A DNA stretch of 20,000 nt. It comes from Lama guanicoe (Eukaryota). Position numbers and translations under genes: made by a program. The notes beneath the pieces were generated by a model. That model was not told where the DNA came from and did no database searches. It saw only the letters and a program-made list of their open reading frames with translations. Every line of letters starts with the position of its first letter. Position 1 is the stretch's first letter. Of this stretch, positions 1-20,000 are shown in pieces. Where the stretch lies: contig MU056050.1 in NCBI GenBank assembly GCA_013239625.1, positions 6,320,063 through 6,340,062 of the forward strand, in the 5' to 3' direction.

Positions 1-546
1 ATGTTTCTACTCTCTCATCCTCAGTAGATACGCCCATACTGGTCCAAGCTTCTCTTCCTAATGCACAAGTCTGTCATGTCACTCTCCACAACCAAATCTT
101 CTATGACCATATCCCACCACCTTCAAAATAGTCCAAACTCCTTAAAACATAGTTTAAAAGGCCTCTTGTAATTTGGCCCCATCCATCTTCCCAGACTCAT
201 CAACTACCACTCTATCCAAATACCAACAGCTCCGCACTCCCTTCTTTCACACCTCTGCTTCACTACCCTGGAAGTCCCTTCCCTTCCTTTCTCTCATGGT
301 TTACTCCTACACATTCTCCAGTGCTACCCTCAAATGTCATCTTTGTGAAAACTTCCCCAAGTCCCAATCTCTCAGCACTGATCACAAAGAGCTGTAACTA
401 TTCCCCCTCACTTCACTGTGAGCATCTACAAGGCAAGGACAGTGGTCTCACGCATCCTTGTATATCCAGCCCGTAGGACAGTTCCTAACAAACAGTAAGG
501 ATTCAACGATGTCTGCAGAACAAGTGGATGAGTGAATGACGAGTGA
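1..546 (+). mobile_element. Ancient LINE-2 (L2) 3' end fragment
   Basis: Pyrimidine-rich body (tccaaactcctt...aaggcctc, ctcaaatgtcatc) followed by a typical L2 3' terminus: cactgtgagcatctacaaggcaaggac...cagtaaggattcaacgatgtctgcag...gatgagtgaatga. Recognised from memory of the consensus. Confidence 0.75.
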
Positions 547-587
547 TTATGCAAAATGTTATTCATATACAATCTTAAATTATTTCA

Positions 588-15886
<15,299 letters not shown>

Positions 15887-18800
15887 CTAGAATTTCAAAG
15901 AAAATAAATCATCAAATTGCAAAGCAAGGTCAACATTCTCATTCGAAGAAAGAAAGAAGCAATTAAATACTAAATAAATAAATCAACATGGGCCATGCAT
16001 AGACCAATGGTGAGAGAATGTCATGAGCAGGGCTTATGATTAATCCAGTTCTGTGCACCTGAGGTCCAATTAAAAAAATCGGAAGAATTGTGAAAGCCAG
16101 AGAAATTATATTAATTGAAATGAAACCGAAAAGGTGGAAAAATGAGCCTTTCCACCTATTCTCTAACGTAAAGTGTAAGAAAGAGAATAACCACTGAATA
16201 GGAGATTTAAAATCTAGAATATTATCAACCACAAACCAAAGAATTCAAGGGAAGTAAATAGTAATTCTCAGAAACATTTCTTTATGTAATGGAAACAAGC
16301 CAAACTTTTGGAAGAAAAGACTGCGGTTTTTGTTCCTGAAAAGACACGATTTTTAAATATTGTTTTCATATTCTAATCAGAACATTTAAATTTTTTATGT
16401 AATGTAATGTGATTGTATTTAAAATAATAAAATAGTACAGTTTAAAACTTTTGGTTTATGTTCATTTTCTCCAACCGGAAAGAAACTGTTTTAAACTATA
16501 TTATATAAACATTTTGTAGAAGCAGTTTCTAAGAGTTATTAACTATTAAATTTTGATATTAAAAAAATTGTAATTTAGTGAAAACTAACACAAATCAACT
16601 AGTTTAAAATACTGAAATTATCTAGGGGGTTATCTCACACATCCTATCCTTTGTAAAGCCAAGCTTGTACTTATAAATATAAATAGATAAGAAGAATACA
16701 TCTCCTTCCCTATAAGAAATCAAGAAATAAAATAAAAACACAAATCTACCCATTAAGTACCAAAGTGTTTCAGTTTTAACACAAATTTTGCACAAGTCAG
16801 GATACAAATCTGTGAAAACTAAGGAAATTATATCCATTTGATCATGGCTTTTGACACCCAGTTCCTGCAAGTTTGGGTCATAAATCAACAGAAGAATGCG
16901 ATCTTAAACAGAAGGAAAACATGGCTCCAAATAGTTAATGAATGTTCTCCAACATTTACTAAAATTTCTATTTTGAGGAAATCCAAACTAAGATTACGGA
17001 ATTTGACCCTGGTCAACGTTATCCTTTGGAGCACTGATCAGATATTGTTCAGTTATTCTTAACCCAAATAACAGCCGTCTTGATTTACAGCATCTTGTAT
17101 GTATATATCATCTATATGGGGTGTTGTGAATGTAATTTTGGAGGGATGAGAATAGAAACCACTAAAATCCCCTCAATCCCACACTTTCAAACTGTCACAT
17201 ATACAATAAATCCTATTTTATTTTCAAAGCAACAAGTTAGGAAAACTGGGTAACAAAATCCACACCTTCATTATTCCTTGAAAAGCTAAAAGAAATCCAG
17301 TTTTCAGGTTTCAAAATTACTCTGCCTCATATACACAAGTATATATCTAATAACGTCGAATGTAAATTTCACTTATAGAAAATTAAAGCCTTAATATTAG
17401 AAAAACATTTTACTCACTACTTTTTTGCTTACCTTGTGTTAGAATACCATAAAATTTTAGTTATATGATAATTAAAATTCATAATCTTGAGCACTGCCAT
17501 TAAAAGCTGTAGGTAATTACTTAATTGGCACTATCTTCCACAACAAATTTTAAAATACCTACCTTCTAAACCTTCCCATTTGTGTATGTATATGTTTTCA
17601 CAAGTACACCTCTCATACAAGAAAAGATAAAAGGTGACTAACATACTCTAATGAATGCCTTATGGATACTATCGTCTCGTAGTCTAGATGCCATGAGAAT
17701 GCTGCACAAGGTCACCAAGATGCCCTCTCTTAAAGACCATGACCTTTTTCTTGATATATTCATTACCTAAAATACCAACTCCAATTTTCACAGCATTAGG
17801 TTATCCAACTGTCACTTAAACCAAGGAAGTTCAAGAACCAGAAGGTAAGCAAAAATACCTTTCTGTAGCTCAATGCCACAAGACAATCCACAAGTCTCAA
17901 CTACTTCAAGCACCATGAAAATGCTCTCATTCAGTCTATTTTCTTTTATTTGATATACAGTTCCAGCAAGTTTGATAGTCTGGCTTCCCACTCTACAGAG
18001 AATAAAATAAAGGCAGCAGCAAGTGACATGGGAAAGACCACTAGAAGAAGGCACACTGTCAAGAGCAAGAAGATATGACAGCAGGCCAGGACTAATACTT
18101 CAGTTCCACTGCAGTGACATCCCTTCTTCTTGGTGTTCAGGTGCAATTATTTCCCTCTCCCTGCTGTGTTCACTTCTATTTTTGTATTTTACAGTTGTTT
18201 TCAATGAAAGGTTTTGTCATACCTATGTCCTATATCGTAAACCAATTTTCTCTGATTAAAGTAGATGAAGCGTTTAAAAGTGAATAGCCTGAGAATTGAG
18301 GGAGGAGGCTGAAAAATTATGAAAAAATCAGCACAAGACTGGAAATGTCTGGGAGGTGATTATTTAATTGACGGGAAACACCCTCCTAGATCTCAAAGGC
18401 CTACGTGCCACTGTCAGAGTACAGTCACTGATGGACAGGAGGAAAAGGTTAATCTGTACTTTTAGTACACCGTTTAAGCGGTCAAGGCAGTGCGCAAATA
18501 TTTAGATGGGGGGTACTGGATTACTTTGTTTGGCAGAAAGGTACAAATGAAAGCACTCAAGTAGATGTTTTGGTACTACTCAGATTTCTAAGAAAAAATT
18601 AAAAATAAAAAAGATGCAGTGACGAAAGTAGTAAACTTCAGATATCCAGAAAGTTCCTGCCAGGCAGCACCTCATTTCCTGAGCAGACAAATGAGGTATT
18701 AGGGCAATTTCTGATGAGGCCACAGAGTTCATGAATATATATGCATCAACTCAATGCTTATTATACAAGGTTTTTTTTAATTGATTCGCAATTTCTTCAC

Positions 18801-19469
18801 AATTCAAAAAATGTATACACCCTGGATATTTGACAACCTTTACTGCCATACAAAAGACGGCTGAGCACTTACATCTGCCCAGTCTAGGGAATAAAAGGCA
18901 CCTAGACACATTCCTCAATTTCCCAAAGTTGATTTATATTGATATGTGGTATTTGGCCCAGCTTTAATCATCCATATTGTCTTATGGATCCAAGTACCAC
19001 ACAGATCTTAAATGCGTTTGTTTTCTATGGTTTTCACTTAGCACTACAATTGTCTTTCTGTTTAGTCAGCCTTGTAACAGTAAAATATGTCACTTAAGCA
19101 ACTGCTGAATTTAAAATTACTCTAATTCACGGCAAAAGGTGTTAATTTCCCTCAAAAGCTTTTCGTTTGGTCGTATAGGATCATATAATGATTCAGACAA
19201 AGCCACTTGAGATCTCTAAAGCATAATTTTAATTACCTACCGTTTTTTAATTGCGATATGTCTACTCGTAAATGGGAAAAAAAATCCAGCCATAAATGAT
19301 CAGCTCCACAGTTTTATTATACATGAAAAATCCTTATGCCCCATCCTATTTTTTTAATCTCAATTTTTCAACGCATTTCATAGTTTTATTTGCACATCTC
19401 GGTCCATATGAAATATGCCTTATGGAGATAATACATACTTTTCTGGATCTGGATTTAATAGGTGTCAGA

Positions 19470-20000
19470 GCGGTCCCCTTAGTACGTTAACACCAGTTCA
19501 TCCTGGCGACGCTGGGTTAAAAAAATTAAAAAAAAAAACCACCCTGCATGTGTCCAGGAGCCAGCAGCGCCCACTAGGAAAGGGAGGCGGAAGCCTGGAA
19601 GGCTTGGGGCCGGATTGGGGGACCATTTGGGTGGCCCTGGAGTGAAACACTATACCGTCGGGGGCGGGGCAGGAGAGGGTGAGGGTGCACACGTTGGAAA
19701 TTTTCCTAAACCAGCGTCCACTGTTCCTCAGTTGGGGTGTGGATTTGGGGAGGCGGGGGTACAACGCCGAGAGCTCATTTTCTCGGGGTGACACCCCCCC
19801 CGCCTCACTCAGCAGGCGGGGACCAAACGAACAAGGGATGATTTTTTTTTTCCCTGCCACCCACAGGGCCGACCTCAGTTGGGGATTTGGGGAGGCGGGG
19901 GTACAACGCCGAGAGCTCATTTTCTCGGGGTGACACCCCCCCCGCCTCACTCAGCAGGCGGGGACCAAACGAACAAGGGATGATTTTTTTTTTTTTTTCC
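19470..20000. promoter_or_regulatory. Edge of the GC/CpG-rich region (probable CpG island) near the SMARCA1 5' end, in intron 1
   Basis: Abrupt rise in GC and CpG against the AT-rich intron. Perfect GC box GGGGCGGGGC at 19661-19670 and an inverted CCAAT (ggattgg) at 19612-19618. The position fits exon 1 lying just beyond the window (inference). Confidence 0.7.
19741..20000. repeat. 142-bp tandem duplication (copy 1 19741-19882; copy 2 from 19883, running off the window)
   Basis: ggatttggggaggcgggggtacaacgccgagagctcattttctcggggtgacacccccccc...gaacaagggatga occurs identically twice. The only difference in the visible overlap is the poly-T length (T10 vs T15). Confidence 0.95.

Noticed and set aside
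18669..18697. 9-bp hairpin acctcattt...aaatgaggt
   Set aside because: Short stem with an 11-nt loop; no miRNA or snoRNA features.
19498..19950. 150-aa minus-strand ORF (and + ORFs 19415..19645, 19679..19933) as a novel gene or SMARCA1 exon 1
   Set aside because: No resemblance to the Ala/Glu-rich SMARCA1 N-terminus or any domain I recognise. Long ORFs are expected in GC-rich, duplicated sequence.

Overview
Mammalian (eutherian) genomic DNA lying entirely inside one minus-strand protein-coding gene: SMARCA1 (SNF2L), an ISWI-family ATP-dependent chromatin remodeller. I delimited ten consecutive coding exons (exons 2-11 by the human numbering I recall; 1330 nt), all with GT-AG boundaries and matching phases. 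They encode the N-terminal region, AutoN, the Q motif, Walker A, the DEAH box, motif III and the start of helicase lobe 2. Exon 1 should lie beyond base 20000, where a CpG/GC-rich region begins at about 19470, and the 3' exons lie beyond base 1. The introns hold ordinary ancient repeats (L2, MIR, an old L1M fragment, a hAT-Charlie MITE) and one tiny L1 tail with an apparent target-site duplication that hints at a camelid or other laurasiatherian host. I see no evidence of a novel biological system. The most notable local oddities are a near-perfect 142-bp tandem duplication at the CpG-island edge in intron 1, a competing splice donor after exon 2, and a palindromic CTCF/E-box-like element in intron 7. 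Repeat-family names and comparisons with other species come from memory, not from a search.
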